Assembly: GCF_018350175.1 (NCBI RefSeq)
Contig: NC_058368.1
Span: forward strand, 11,160,001-11,224,000
From: Felis catus
Lineage: Eukaryota
Length of the DNA stretch: 64,000 bases
Reading direction: 5' to 3'
The notes under the pieces were generated by a model. The model had not been told where the DNA came from. It saw nothing but the letters and a program-made list of their open reading frames with translations, and did no database searches. Below are positions 1 to 12,818 of this stretch, piece after piece (within the stretch, counting starts at the first letter, position 1; each line of letters starts with the position of its first letter). A program made the translations under genes and the position numbers.

Positions 1-141
1 ACAAAATTAAGTAGAATGGGTTCTTTGCATGGTGCATCTCTAAGAGAGGGTGACTGCAGAATTTCTTAGATGTTTCTCATCTCAGCCCCCTGCATAAACT
101 AGGATTTTCACAGATCTGCTTAAAATGATGGGTTAAGGCCA

Positions 142-329
142 GGGCACCTGGGTGGCTCAGTCAGTTAAGTGTCCAACTTTGGCTCAGGTCATGATCTTAT
201 AGATCATGAGTTTGAGCCCTGTATCGGGCTCTGTGCTGATGGCTCAGCCTGGAGCCTGCTTCAGATTCGGTGTCTCCCTCTCTCTCTACCCCTCCCCCCC
301 CTCAAAAATCAATAAAACATTAAAAAAAA
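142..329 (+). mobile_element. CAN-SINE (feliform)
   Basis: tRNA-like head, CT-rich tract, A tail; TSD taaaatgatgg(g/t)ttaaggc at 121-139 and 330-348. Confidence 0.95.
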
Positions 330-2987
330 TAAAATGATGGTTTAAGGCATTGACTAGAGAAGTTCTGTGAAAATGGCTGTGTGGATCAGGGAAGGAGATT
401 AAATCAAAAGCCTTAATTGGTACACAATTTTGTTTTCTTTGTCCTTTACAGTGTTTTTAAAAACCTGAAGCCAACATTTACAAATCAGGTAAATTTAAAA
501 TTCAGGGGTTCAAAGTTCTCTTGAAAAATCAGAGAATGAGACAAATCTGGGCCTCCGGACCTCCCCAAGCACAATGCGCTGGGTCTTCAGCGGCCGCTGC
601 CCTTTAAGAGAGCGTGCGGGCACCCGGTTTCTAACACTGGGGCAGCCCCACTCATTTACCTCACTTGTGTAACTCCAGAAATACCCCACTGGCCCCTCCC
701 AACCACATATAGCAAACACTGGATGGATTCCTTCGGCTCACTGAGAACAGGCTCCGAGGTTGAATCTTGGTAAGTGGTAGATGGCAGGACAAAGCCTGGA
801 ATATGGAACCAAATGTGCCAAAATGTTGACGGTGGTTATTTATCTACACAGCTGGGGTTATAAAATGTTTTCTTCTTACTTTTACTTTTTTTCTTTTTTT
901 TTTTTTTGCACTTTCCACATATTCTGCCACAAACACGTATGTCCCTTCTAATGAGAAAGAAAATTAAAAAAAACAAAAAACAGCTAAAAAGAATAGGAAG
1001 TAGGGATTTTTCTTTCTTTTTTTGAGATTTGGCTACTATAGAAATATCTGCCTTCCTTTAAATCGTAATTAATAAAACCAGTAAGAAGTAGGAATTTGAT
1101 GCAAGAAACCAAAAAAATAGATCTGTTTCAAGAGTTGTCGTAAGATCCTGTCTCTTAGCTTTTTACCATAAATTAATAATAAATTCATAGTTAACATTTT
1201 ATGGGGGGGGCGGTAGAAAGATGTTGTTTTGACTTATATGAGTATGGTTTCTGGAACTTGGACACTTTTTAGCTTCTAGAATATGATATAAAATAAATCA
1301 CCTTTTTATGTAGAATTGATAAAAATAAATAGAAGAATAGTAGATCTTTCTGAGACGATACAGGAGCTTGGGAGAATTGAAGTGGAAAATTAAGGCCCAC
1401 CTTACTGGCGAAGGTAGTTTCAAGTTTTGATGAAGTTTCCTTGAAGTTGGCCAGAACTCAATAGTGAGTGAAAAAACGTGCCGCATCCCAAAATTTTGTA
1501 TAACACATAGGCGTTTGGAATGCTGAGTTGGAATTTAATTCCTAGGCAGAGGAAAGAAAATGGTGCTTCCTTCCAACAACTGAGAGTGGACGTACTAGAA
1601 GGACACTTTTGAATTCCTCATTGGATTCGATTGCTTTTTCCTGGTCATAGAAAATAGTCCAGAAATGGGGGTGGGGCAGGACATGCTTTGTGGGTAAGGG
1701 TAAGGAACAGGGAGCAGGGAAGCCAAGAATCAAAAGGAAGAACTTGGAGGTAGCTGAGAAACAAAGAATTTAAAGGGAAATTTATATTTTATAGATTTGG
1801 GCAATAAAGGAAGGCAAGGCGTGGTTGTAATTAGTTACAGTTTCTTGGCCGCTCTTAATATGTTTTCTCCTCTATAAAATGGACATAATGGGAGTACCAC
1901 ACTTATAAGTGTAAATGAAATACTGCACGAGAAATGTGTAGCGCAGGACGTGATTAGGGCAATGCACAATGAATTACTATTATAAGCATTGGATTAAGAG
2001 CAAGTGTTTTTGCTATTTTTTATATCCATTTCCAGTTTTATTGGGTAATGATAAAAGAATGTCTCATATAGGATGAAAACATGAAAAAAAATTGGTATTC
2101 TGAGATTTGTTCCATGGCCTAGTACATGGTCCATTATTTTTTATATGCTCTGTATGAATTTGAGAAGGCATTGGGGGTACAGAGCTTTCTGCCCGTCAGA
2201 TTAGGCTTCTTAACTGTGATAGTTAAAGCTGTATTCTTACAATTTTTTTGCTTAATATCAGTTTTGAGAAACTTTGTTTTTACTCATGCATATGACAAGC
2301 AGTAGGATATGAAGAAACTGCTAGTCATATAAAGCTAAGCTGGTATTTAAATGGCCATGAGTTATAAAGTTTTTCCATCGACTATACCTGAATTTGCATA
2401 GACTCAAGCTAGCTCAATGTATATAATGGCTCGGATGTTTCAAATGCTTTTCATTAAATGTGTGGTGTCACCTCAACAATCAGGGCAGTGTTAGATCTAG
2501 CTTCAAAACCATTGAAGGTATTCATGCTGCCATTTAATTCTGGAAGGTTCGGATAAGATAGTCTGAGGAACATTAGCAGCTTCCCAAGATGGGATCTTCA
2601 GACTAGCTAATTTTGTCCAGCCCTGTGGTGTTTAGGAAGGTTGTACCTAGGCCAGGTAAGATAACTGATGTTTATCCTGAACTTGACCTGTGCTTTGACC
2701 TAAAGGATTTCACAATTTTTCTTGGTAGCTTATGAGGAAACTTCCTCTTAAGAAATGCGTTCTCTTTTCATTTACTTATTTACCCATTCATTTATTCTGT
2801 AACACTTGTTGCACACCTTTTCTGGACGGCTCAGTATAATACTGAATGTGTCACCTGGGAATGTCAATGTGGACATTCTTCCAGGCATTCTACTTTTATA
2901 GGGTATACAGTTAAAAGCTAAAGACATAATTCAGGACAAGAAAATTCTTAAGTGAAAAAAGTGTGTCTTTTGGATGTATGTGTATCT

Positions 2988-3220
2988 CTTTGTTTTTTAT
3001 TTAAAAAAATTTTTTTAATGTTTATTTATCTTTGAGAAACAGAGACGTGGCACGAGTGGGGGAGGGGCAGAGAGAGAGGGAGACACAGAACTCAAAGCAG
3101 GCTCCAGGCTCTGAGCTGTCAGCACAGAGCCCGATGCGGGGCTCGAACTCACGAGCTGTGAGGTCATGACCTGAGCCAAGTCGGGCACCCAGCCAGCCGA
3201 CTGAGCCACCCAGGTGCCCC
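2988..3220 (-). mobile_element. CAN-SINE
   Basis: Perfect TSD tggatgtatgtgtatct at 2971-2987 and 3221-3237. Confidence 0.95.
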
Positions 3221-3364
3221 TGGATGTATGTGTATCTTTCATTCACTCTTGATGCTGATGATGGAATCAGAAGAATTGTTTTCACTTTTATTAACTTTAT
3301 TACCTAAGTCCAGAACATTTCTGAATCTTTGTCAAAGGCACTGATGGAAGGTATAATATTGCCT

Positions 3365-3395
<31 letters not shown>

Positions 3396-3396
3396 G

Positions 3397-5645
3397 TTGT
3401 ATTGAGTTTCAATTAATGTATAATAAACTCATATTTAAAGTATACAATTTGATTAGTTTTGATGTATGCATATATCTATGAATCCACCCCCCCCCCCAAC
3501 ATTTTATTGTGCCCCTTGGTAATCCCTCCCACCATCCCTCCACACTTATCACCGGGCAACCACTGGTCTGCTCTCTATCACTGAGATTAGTTTACATTTT
3601 CCAGAATTTCATACAAATGGAATCAAACAGTAGGCACACTTTTTGATCTGGCTTCTTTCAATTGGCATGATTATTTTGAGATTCATCCGTGTTGCAACAC
3701 ACCCATACTTTTTTTTTATTGATGAACAGTATTCTATCGTATAGATACACCATGGTTTATCCATTCACTTGTTGATGGACTTTGTTTCCAGTATTAAGCT
3801 ATGAATATCAGTGTACAAGTCCTTGTATGAACTTATGCTTTTATTTCTTGGGGGGAAGTACCTAGGAGTGGAATGGCTAGATCATATGAAATGTGTATGT
3901 TTAGATTTTTAGAAACTGCCAAATTTTTTCTAAAATGATTTTACCATTTTACATTCCCATCAAAAGTGTATGCAAATTCCAGTTTCTCCATAGTCTCCCC
4001 AATACTTAATATAGCCAGTCATTCAAAATCTTAGCCCTTCTTGGGGTGCCTGGATGGCTCAGTCAGTTAAGTATCCGACTTCAGCTCAGGTCATGATATC
4101 ATGGTCCGTGAGTTCGAGCCCCATGTGGGGCTCTGTGCTGTCAGTTCAGAGCCTGGAGCCTGCTTTGGCTTCTGTGTCTCCCTCTCTCGCTCTCTCTCTG
4201 CCCCTCCCCCACTCACGCTCTGTCTCTCTCTGTCTCTCAAAAAATGAATAAACGTTAAAAGAAATTTTTTTTTAAATCTTAGCCATTCCAATAGGTAGGC
4301 AATGGAATGTCACTGTGATTTTAATTTGCATTTCTTTAATGATCAATGATACAGAACACATTTTCATTTGCTTATTTGCCATCTGTATTTTGGGAAGTAT
4401 CTTTTGATATATTTTGCCCATTTTTAATTGAGCTATTTGTTCCCTTATTAATTTTCCTCACATATTCTAGATACAGGTTCTTTATCAGATAAATGTCTTC
4501 CCAATGTTTTCTCCTGGCCTGTGACTTACCTTTTCATTCTCTCAACAGTCTCTTTCAAAGAGCAGACGATTTTAATTTTGATAATGCCCAATTTATTAAT
4601 TTGTTTTTTTATGGATCAGAGGTTTCCTCCGTTTTCTTTTAGAAAATTTGTGGTTTTAGAGTTTATATTTAGGTCTGTGATCTACTCTTAGTTTTGCATG
4701 TAGTGTGAGATAGAGATCAAAGTTTGTTTATTTTAGCATTTGGACATCCAATTGTTCTATCACTATTTGTTAAAAAAACCATCCTTTCTCCACTGAATTA
4801 CCTTTGCATCTTTGTCAAAAACCAACTGTCCATTGCTATGTGGGCCCACATCTGGACTCCCTGTTCTGTTCCACTGATATTTCTATTTATCTTCATGCCA
4901 GTTCCATACTTTCTTGAGCATCATAGCTTTATGTTGTTTTGAAATTGGTAGTATTAATCCTGTTTTTCTTTTTCAAAGTTGTTTTGACTGGTTTTGATCC
5001 TTTGTATTCTCATAGGAATTTTACTATCAGTTTGTCAATTTCTACCAAAAAAAAAAAAAAAAACAAAAACCCTTCTAGGGTTTTGATTGTGATTGTGCTG
5101 AATCTATACATTAATTTGATATCTTAACAATATTGTCTTCTGACCCATGAACATGGTATGTCTCTCCACTTATATAGTTTTTTTGAAATTTCTCTTAGTA
5201 TGTTTAGTTTTGATGTATATGTCTGTCACATCTTTTGCCAGATTTCCCCCTAAAAATTTAATATTTTTATGGCATTGTCTTTTTATATTTTATTTTCCAA
5301 TTTTCACTGCTAATATAGAAATACAATTGATTTTTACACATTTATCTTGTATCCTGCAAGCTGCTGAACTTACTTAATTCTTGTAATTTGTAGAGTTTGA
5401 TTGGTTTTCTACATAGATGCTCGTTTATCTGCAAATAGAGTTTTACATTTTCCTTTAGATGTCTTTTATTCGTTTTCTATAGCCAGTTTCACTAGATAGG
5501 ACCTCCGGAACAATGTCAAGTAGAAGTGGTGAGAGTGGACATTGAGTCTTCCATCATTAAGTATGCGTTATCTGTAAATCTTTCATAGATTCCTCTATTA
5601 GATTCAGGGAGCTTTCTGTTCTTACTTCGCTGAGTGTCTTCATCA
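3397..5645 (-). mobile_element. Old L1 (L1M-type) 3' end and ORF2 fragment, interrupted by a SINE
   Basis: Typical antisense L1 3'UTR/ORF2 sequence, e.g. tacctaggagtggaatggctagatcatatg and ttaatttgcatttctttaatg. Confidence 0.85.
4043..4273 (+). mobile_element. CAN-SINE inserted in L1
   Basis: Full SINE structure; TSD aaatcttagcc(c/a)ttc. Confidence 0.95.
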
Positions 5646-5879
5646 GGAATACCACCTTCTAATCAGATACATTTTTTAAAAGTGGTATTACAATGATAAT
5701 GGTACCATTTCATTTGCCAGAATAGTAGTAATAGCATGTATGTGAATACATGTAATTTCTCAGCTTACTGTTATTCATTATCCATTCTGTATATAATATC
5801 TTTCACCTAAGGACATGAATCATTAGTTAGTTAATTCACACAAGGCAATGGTGAATTGAGCAAAAAATTACTTTCTTTT

Positions 5880-6030
<151 letters not shown>

Positions 6031-6499
6031 AAGACCAGAAAATCAAGACACCAGGACATTAGCTTAATCTTGGTAAACAATGATTTGTTTGTATGAAACC
6101 GAAATTTACTAATTTAAATTTTTAGGTCAAGGAATATTTTTTGAACAAAAAAAATTAAAAGGAATTTCTGAATACTACCCTTTCTGCTCCCCCCACCCAG
6201 TCTGAAACAGAACCCCAAGCATGTGGGAGAAAGCAAAATCTGGATCTAAGAACCAAAACCAGCAAAAAGAAATCTCATAGAGGGAACATAATAGACCTCT
6301 GATGCATTTCAGGAAGTCAGTTGCCCAGGTCCAGGATTCATAGCAAGACATGTGTTGAAATTTGGAGATTTGGTTTGGTCAGACCATCAGACAGTAAGGA
6401 AATAAGGCTGCTCTAAAAGCTGAAGTGATCTTGTGTTGCTTTACAAGATGCATGGTGTTTGTATTGAGGTTAGAATTAGTCTTATGATGCCCAAGACTG

Positions 6500-7010
6500 G
6501 TCAGCACATCAGAGGTTTCCTGTCCAATTCTTAACAGCATTTTAAGGAGGGAAATGGGCTAACCAGAGGTAATTTGCTAAGATAGGAAGAGTCAAGAGGC
6601 CATATCAAAGGTGGAATGCTTGAGGAACTATGACTAGAAGTGGCCAGGCCTGTTGAGACTCTGAAGCAATAGCTCAGGAAAGAGATAATGAATCCTACCA
6701 CTGGGCAGTGACGGCAGAAGAGGACACAGATGAAAAGATGTTTAAGAGGTAAACATGACCTCATTTGGGCGGAGTAGTTCCAAGGTTTGTAGCTTGAGTC
6801 CCTGGGTAAACGGTGATGCCATTTTAGTGAGATCAGGAATTCAGGAGCTACAGGTTTGGAGAGGCCAGTTTTGTACATGCTGAGTTCCCACCAAGAAACG
6901 TTTGGTATGTGTTGAATATACAGATTAGGACACTATGGGGAAGTTGGGGTTGGGCGTGAATTTAGACATCATGGCGCAGAGATGGAAATTGCGATCATCG
7001 GTGAGAATGA
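6500..7010 (-). mobile_element. L2 fragment
   Basis: Resembles antisense L2 (ggtgatgccattttagtgagatcagg...ttttgtacatgctgagtt). Confidence 0.65.
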
Positions 7011-8039
7011 TGAGTGCCACTAATGCTCCTTCATCTCAGTTACAGTAGTCACTGGCCGACTTCATTCTAGCAACCACAGTTCTGAGACCACACTGCCTAG
7101 TATTTGGACCAAAATATTCAAAAGTTTTATTCTTTTACGAATGCAAATTTCAGGTTAATCCCTTAAAGAGAGGAGTAAGACTAAGGACCCTCAGTTCTTC
7201 CTCACACAGATCATGTGTGAGGATGTGTCAGAAAATAGTATAGAGAGGGAGATTTGTTCATGTTGTGCCGTCTCACCAAAGAGCTCCGCAACAAGCCCAG
7301 AAAAATGTGCCCTTAAGCCCTACCTTAACTTGGGAAAAGGCCAGGCAGTTACACTGGCATTTTGCTGAGACTTGCAAAACTGAACAAGGAGGAATGCACG
7401 TGTAAATGAAGCTGGATTTCAAGCCAGTGAGAACTGGTTCTAGAGCTTATTTAAAAAGGTACAATCTGCATGATATTAAAAACTTGAGTAAGAGTCTGCT
7501 TCAGCAAATCCCTCTATCACAGATTCTGGAATACATAAAGATGATTCAGGAGTATGGTTACTTAGTGGAGCCAGATTTTTTTCAAATGTCTTTTTACATT
7601 TTGTTACGAATTAGCGAATCATTTGAAAAGGTTGGAGCCAGCTTTTCAGTACAGATTTTTAGAAGCAGGTGTCTTCCATATGTCTAATTGGTGGTGGTGT
7701 TTTAAAAAATCTATAATAATGCTGACTTTTGGGTTTTCCTTATGTCTTCTGTTGTCTAGGATTGCCTGATCTTGTTTTTCTAATGTCTGTACTTTTGTAT
7801 GATGTAATGCCCTAGTGTTGGGGAAGGGACTGCCGCAATTGGGGTTTTGTGGGCATTTGTTGTTATGTCACAGCTTAGTGCCTTTGCACAGGTTCCCCTC
7901 ATCTGCTTCGTGAACTCATTTCTCCTCTGAAAACCCTTCCCTTCCCATCCCCCTCTCCATCAGGAAGGGTTGACTTAGTAGCTTTTTTGCATCACCTCTG
8001 CACATGGTGGTCACTCTGTGTTGAAATAACTAATTTGTT

Positions 8040-8235
8040 GGGGCGGCTGGGTGTCTCAGTTGGTTGAGTGTCTGACTCTTGGTTTCAGCTCAGGTCATGA
8101 TCTCACAGTTTGAGTTCGAGCCCAGCTTCTGCACTATCAATGCAGAGCCTGCTTGCGATTCTTGGTCTCCCTCTAAACAAACAAACAAATATATACATAC
8201 GTACATAAGCAAGCAAGCAAGCTTAAAAAAAAAAA
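8040..8235 (+). mobile_element. CAN-SINE (older type, degenerate)
   Basis: Head with ctcttggtttcagctcaggtcatgatctc; A-rich tail. Confidence 0.9.
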
Positions 8236-9737
8236 GAACCAGTTTGTTATAGTTTGGCTTCCTTCCTAGATTAAGAGGTTCTTAAGAACAGACATTGGAC
8301 TAAGCATAGTGACAGACACAAAAAATTTTAAGAAGGAAAGTCTGGTCATTAGAGTTCATTGTTATCGAGAGCCAATGAGATAAGTACTGAAAGTCTTCAT
8401 TGTATTTTTTAGGAACTGAGAAAAGATTTCTTCAGGCATAATCACACCTTAGATAGTACTGCAGGTGTTGTTAACAACCAAGCAAAGATGTGTTGGCCAA
8501 AGAGGTGGCCAGTGACCTCTTGGAGAGATACATCCACAGAACTGCTTGATTCGGTGATGTGCATCATTCGGATGTTCTACACAATTGCTTTTTCCTGGTG
8601 GCAAGCCCACTGGCTGTTGGGTCCTCTCAGTTTAAAAACTGAATAAAGAGATCAAAAATAAGAAATATTTGCAGAATATTCAGTACAACAGAGTCAGACC
8701 GAGATTTGGAAGCTGATTTGGTGAATCCTAACAGGTCTAAAATCTTCCCGATGGATCAATTTTCTGGAAGATGATAAAAGAGAAAGATGGTTCCAATTGT
8801 CAGATCACACAGTTCTAAACCTGCAGCTTCCTCACAAAGAGCCAAATAGTTCAATAACGCTGTTTAAAACCTACCACTGTTCACAAGGAAATCATGGCTG
8901 CAAAGCGAGGAAATGCCTTTCAATGAAATATTTGAACATTCTGAAACTGAGAAGATAATGCCTTCCTGGAAAGGATAAAAGGTTCATGAGATAGTAGCAT
9001 CATGCAATATAAAATACACAAGTTCTAGGAGCATAAGAAAAGAGAATAATTCAAAAGAGATTAATGTGAGAGTTTTTAGGAGAATGGAGACCTTTGAAAC
9101 AATGGTTATTACAAAATATAGGACTAGAGAATGTCCATTATGTATTTTAAATTACTTAATTATGCTGTAAGTTTTGAGATTCCTCCGAGCCCAGAGCCCC
9201 AAATCATCATTCTTTTGGCTGCTGAAAAAAAAATTCCACTTTTGACTGTTACGATAGGCGGGAGGAGGTATGGACTTAACGTTACAATCTCTGAAAGTCC
9301 TCATTTAGACCAAACCCAGCTACATTTTCTGTGGTTGATTATCATTCATGGTGGCAGCTGATTTAAATATTTTGAAAGGCAGGTTTACTTTTTTCATGCT
9401 CACAGATTTAACACTACTTTTAAATAAATATTGTCCTTTGTTTTCATCGCCCTCAAATTTTAATAATAGCAGATTCAAGTTGTTCCCACTTTTCTCTTTA
9501 AGGAAATATATTAAAGGAGCTACACCCCTCTATCTGTTTATATTCCCTATGAGGGGAGAATGAGTTGGGCAGGAAAGGGATTAATTTGAACATATCAGGA
9601 AGCTTTGAGCCCCCTGTGACAACACTTAATTGTTAGGGATCAGGAGATGAGGGTTACCTCTCCAGTAAGGTAGGGGTTTTTGTCCTAATTATAACATAAA
9701 TCTTAGGAAAATACAATATTTAATTAAGTGCATTTAT

Positions 9738-9919
9738 GGGACACCCGGGTGGCTCTGTAGGTTAAGCATCCAACTTCAGTGCAGGGCCTGATCTCATGGT
9801 TCATGAGTTCAAGCCCTGCATCGGGCTCTCTGCTGTCAGCACAGAGCCTGCTTCAGATCCCCTCCCCCGCGCTCTCTCTCTCAAAAACTAAAAAAAAAAA
9901 AACAAACAAACAAACAATG
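9738..9919 (+). mobile_element. CAN-SINE
   Basis: TSD aagtgcattta at 9726-9736 and 9920-9930. Confidence 0.93.
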
Positions 9920-10184
9920 AAGTGCATTTAAATATGTAAAGCCTGCACATGGTTACTTTATTATTAAAACAAAAATCTGATTTCTCCTGCTTTTTCTCAC
10001 TTTCATCTCATAAACCTTACAGACTTACTGACAGCTCAGTTATGAGGGGTGGGTCTAGGTAGATCAGCAGGCCCACCCCTCAATCATACAGTCAAGGCAA
10101 AAGGAGTTGCTTGAAACCTAGAATTATTTTAGGAAAATAGAGAAAGACCTTTCAATTGCTTTTAGATCCCAGATCCATTTAATA

Positions 10185-10415
10185 AAGCAGCATGATATTG
10201 CAATGTAAAGCATGGGCTTGAACATGAGCTTTGGAGTTCTATGAAACCTATGCTCAAATCTTCCCTCCCCCAGTTTCTGGATGTTTGACTCAGTGCCTCA
10301 GTTTGCTCATCTGCAGAACAGGGTGCTTAGGAAGAATCCATGAGATAAGGCCTGTCAAAGGCTTAGCAAAGAACCTGGCTAGTATTAAGCACGCAATAAA
10401 TGACAGCTATTATTA
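10185..10415 (+). mobile_element. MIR
   Basis: MIR core tgcctcagtttgctcatctg and 3' end caataaatgacagctattatt. Confidence 0.75.
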
Positions 10416-11401
10416 TCATGCATTTCAGATGTGTATGTTCTTAACGCTGTGCTTACAGCCAGCCCCTTAAAGACAAAGGCAAAATTACAGGTGCACACCA
10501 TGCATCTACCTGTTGCACACAGTGTGATAATAACACCCTTTCTCAGCGACTCCCTTCCATGTCACACACACTCTTAGTTAGGCTCACGGTGATGCCATGA
10601 ATCAGGAAAGAAACAGTCACCGAATAGCTCGAACTTCTGCCTGTCTACTGCTGGATTTCTCCCTGTCGGCATACAAATATGTGTGTCCTACGACTCTACC
10701 CTGCTGTGTCTTTGAAAGGTGAACACTGGTCTTGAGATTTGGGAAGTTTTTTTTTTTTCTGTTATTACATCATTATCTCAACGTTTAAAAGCTACTTTTT
10801 ATTTCTTTAGAAAAAAATGTATTTTCATTAAGCTGAGGGAGATTCAAGCAGTCTCATGGGCTTTTAAAAATAGTTTTGTACAAACCACTCATTGTTTTGA
10901 AGTTAATGATACATTTCAACCTGATAAAATAGTTCTAAGTCCTGTGAGGGAAGTGGTGTAGGTGTTTCTCAGAATTCGTAAAATAACCTGATAATCTAAT
11001 ATGTAAATATAACTGCTGGTTATAATTATACATATAATTGCTGGATTATAGTGGCGCCCCTGATCGAGACATCGTTGTTAAAAAAAAAAAACTAGTTTTC
11101 TCTTCAGAAAATCTGTAGTGGTTTGAAGACGCGTTGCCGAAAGGGCACAGCCTGGAGGTGTATCCTTAACTAGGTAAAGACACCCAACTTCTGCATTTAG
11201 TAAAACCTTCTGCAATAGTAAAACCTACTTGGCATCCAGGAAACCAAAGTAAATAGTGATTTCTAAAGGACCTCGGAATCTTTTGTAATGTTATGTATCC
11301 ACAGGTTCCAAGCACTGGGAAGAGAAAAGGCAGATCTTATCTTCTTTATCTTCTGACACCCCCCCCCCACTGCAGCCAGACAGAAGAGGGTGTGCGGGCT
11401 C

Positions 11402-11404
11402 GTG

Positions 11405-11446
<42 letters not shown>
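11402..11446. repeat. (TG)n microsatellite upstream of the promoter-like region
   Basis: Directly visible. Confidence 0.98.
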
Positions 11447-11449
<3 letters not shown>

Positions 11450-11599
11450 CGGGGGGTGGGGGGGAGCGCGGAGAGGGTGAGAGATGATGGGAGAAAGAGA
11501 GGGCATAGAAGACACAGCCCTGGGGCATGGTTGGAGAGGATAAATCAGAGACTTATGATTTCTGCCCAAAGAAAAGAGTGCAGAACATTTAAGGGGGAA

Positions 11600-12540
11600 G
11601 GGAACAAAGGACACCAAAACGCCAAATCCAGATGAGACAGAAAATATGTAAGGGGTCAAGCGGAACGGAGCAAACGCTGATTTTTCTCCCATCACCAAAC
11701 CCCTGACCGCTTCGGTTAAAAGCAAGGCAGAGACGTGCAAGGATAACGTGTACTTTTCATCTGCCAAGTGGAGGCCATCGTCACTGCTACAGTCCCAGCT
11801 TGTTTGCTGGACCTCTGACTTTGCCGCCGGACAGCTGAACTTTTAGAGAAGCCATCTGCCAGGTAGAGGACAGGATGGAAGGGCGGGTCGGGGAGCTGTG
11901 CTGGGTTCCCGGCACTGCTGCTCCCTACACACCCACAGCGGGTTCCTTCCTGATCACCAGCCGTCTCTCATCTCCTCCTTGCCGCCAACTTCCAGTTGGC
12001 TGCCTGCCAAATAAGGAATTTCATAAAGACGGATGTTTGTTCTGCGTTCGCGGTTCAAAACAAAAGGGTACGAGGCACTGTAAAAAAAAGTTTCCCCCCA
12101 ACTTTAAAAACCGTCCGAGTTTGAGAAGCGGGAAGAAAAATGAGGCTTGCAACTTGCATAGGTTATTTATTCTTAAGTAGCAGGTGGTGGTTCCTTTACG
12201 GCATCGCACCAACGGCAATTCCACAGGGCAACCTTCACACCAGTTTTTAGTACCCTCTGCGGGAGCCCGCGCCCGTGTGCCCACGTCTGCTCAAATCCCG
12301 CGCCCTCCTGCACCTAATGGTTTTTTGGATCTCTCCTCCCCTGTGCTATTAACTGTTGAGAGGAGGGGCTACTTAGTAATCCTACACCTGTTCAAGTCCA
12401 CGCCTATCAACTTGCTAAGCTTCCCAAACAAGTGCCGGTAACGCATGAGAACATCCGAATCTGGGGCTGAGGCGGCCTCGGCTGCTGCCGGGTTGGGCTT
12501 TTCAGATTTTTGTGAAAGAGTCTCGAATGTATCTCGTACC
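11600..12540 (+). promoter_or_regulatory. CpG-enriched promoter / 5'UTR region with CArG box
   Basis: Repeat-free with visibly more CpG than the flanks. GC box GGGCGGG at 11881, CCAAATAAGG at 12007-12016, CATAAA at 12022, E-boxes (CAGCTG ~11833, CAGGTG 12181). Confidence 0.65.
12007..12016. promoter_or_regulatory. Consensus CArG box (SRF site) CCAAATAAGG
   Basis: Exact CC(A/T)6GG match inside the promoter-like region. Confidence 0.6.
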
Positions 12541-12745
12541 ATGGCAGTTGATGACAGCAATTTATATTCCAGAACGAAGAACAAACTGAATTCGTCTCAA
12601 AATGATTACAAATCATCAAGACGGAGTAGCCTGCCACCTGAACTACTGATAGGAAATGACATTCGAGGGAGACTTCAAAGAAACTTGAAAAATTTGGAGC
12701 CCGTTCACCTGAGGCGCCCAAAAAAGAGACCGTCCATATTTCCAG
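12541..12745 (+). CDS. Putative first (probably alternative) coding exon of an unidentified gene: MAVDDSNLYSRTKNKLNSSQNDYKSSRRSSLPPELLIGNDIRGRLQRNLKNLEPVHLRRPKKRPSIFP, ending in phase 1
   Basis: Strong Kozak context (accATGG). Open frame in unique, CpG-retaining sequence running to the donor CAG|GTAGGA. An in-frame upstream ATG at 12445 has weak context. Lies directly downstream of a promoter-like region. Confidence 0.65.
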
Positions 12746-12783
12746 GTAGGAATCGTTTACGTTTATACCGGCCAGTTGGAGAG

Positions 12784-12818
<35 letters not shown>

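Noticed and set aside
11291..11767. HT/CV repeat ORFs
   Set aside because: Driven by the (TG)n repeat in promoter-proximal DNA.
12541..12745. Assigning a gene symbol to the first exon
   Set aside because: I do not recognise the peptide with confidence; a homology search is required.
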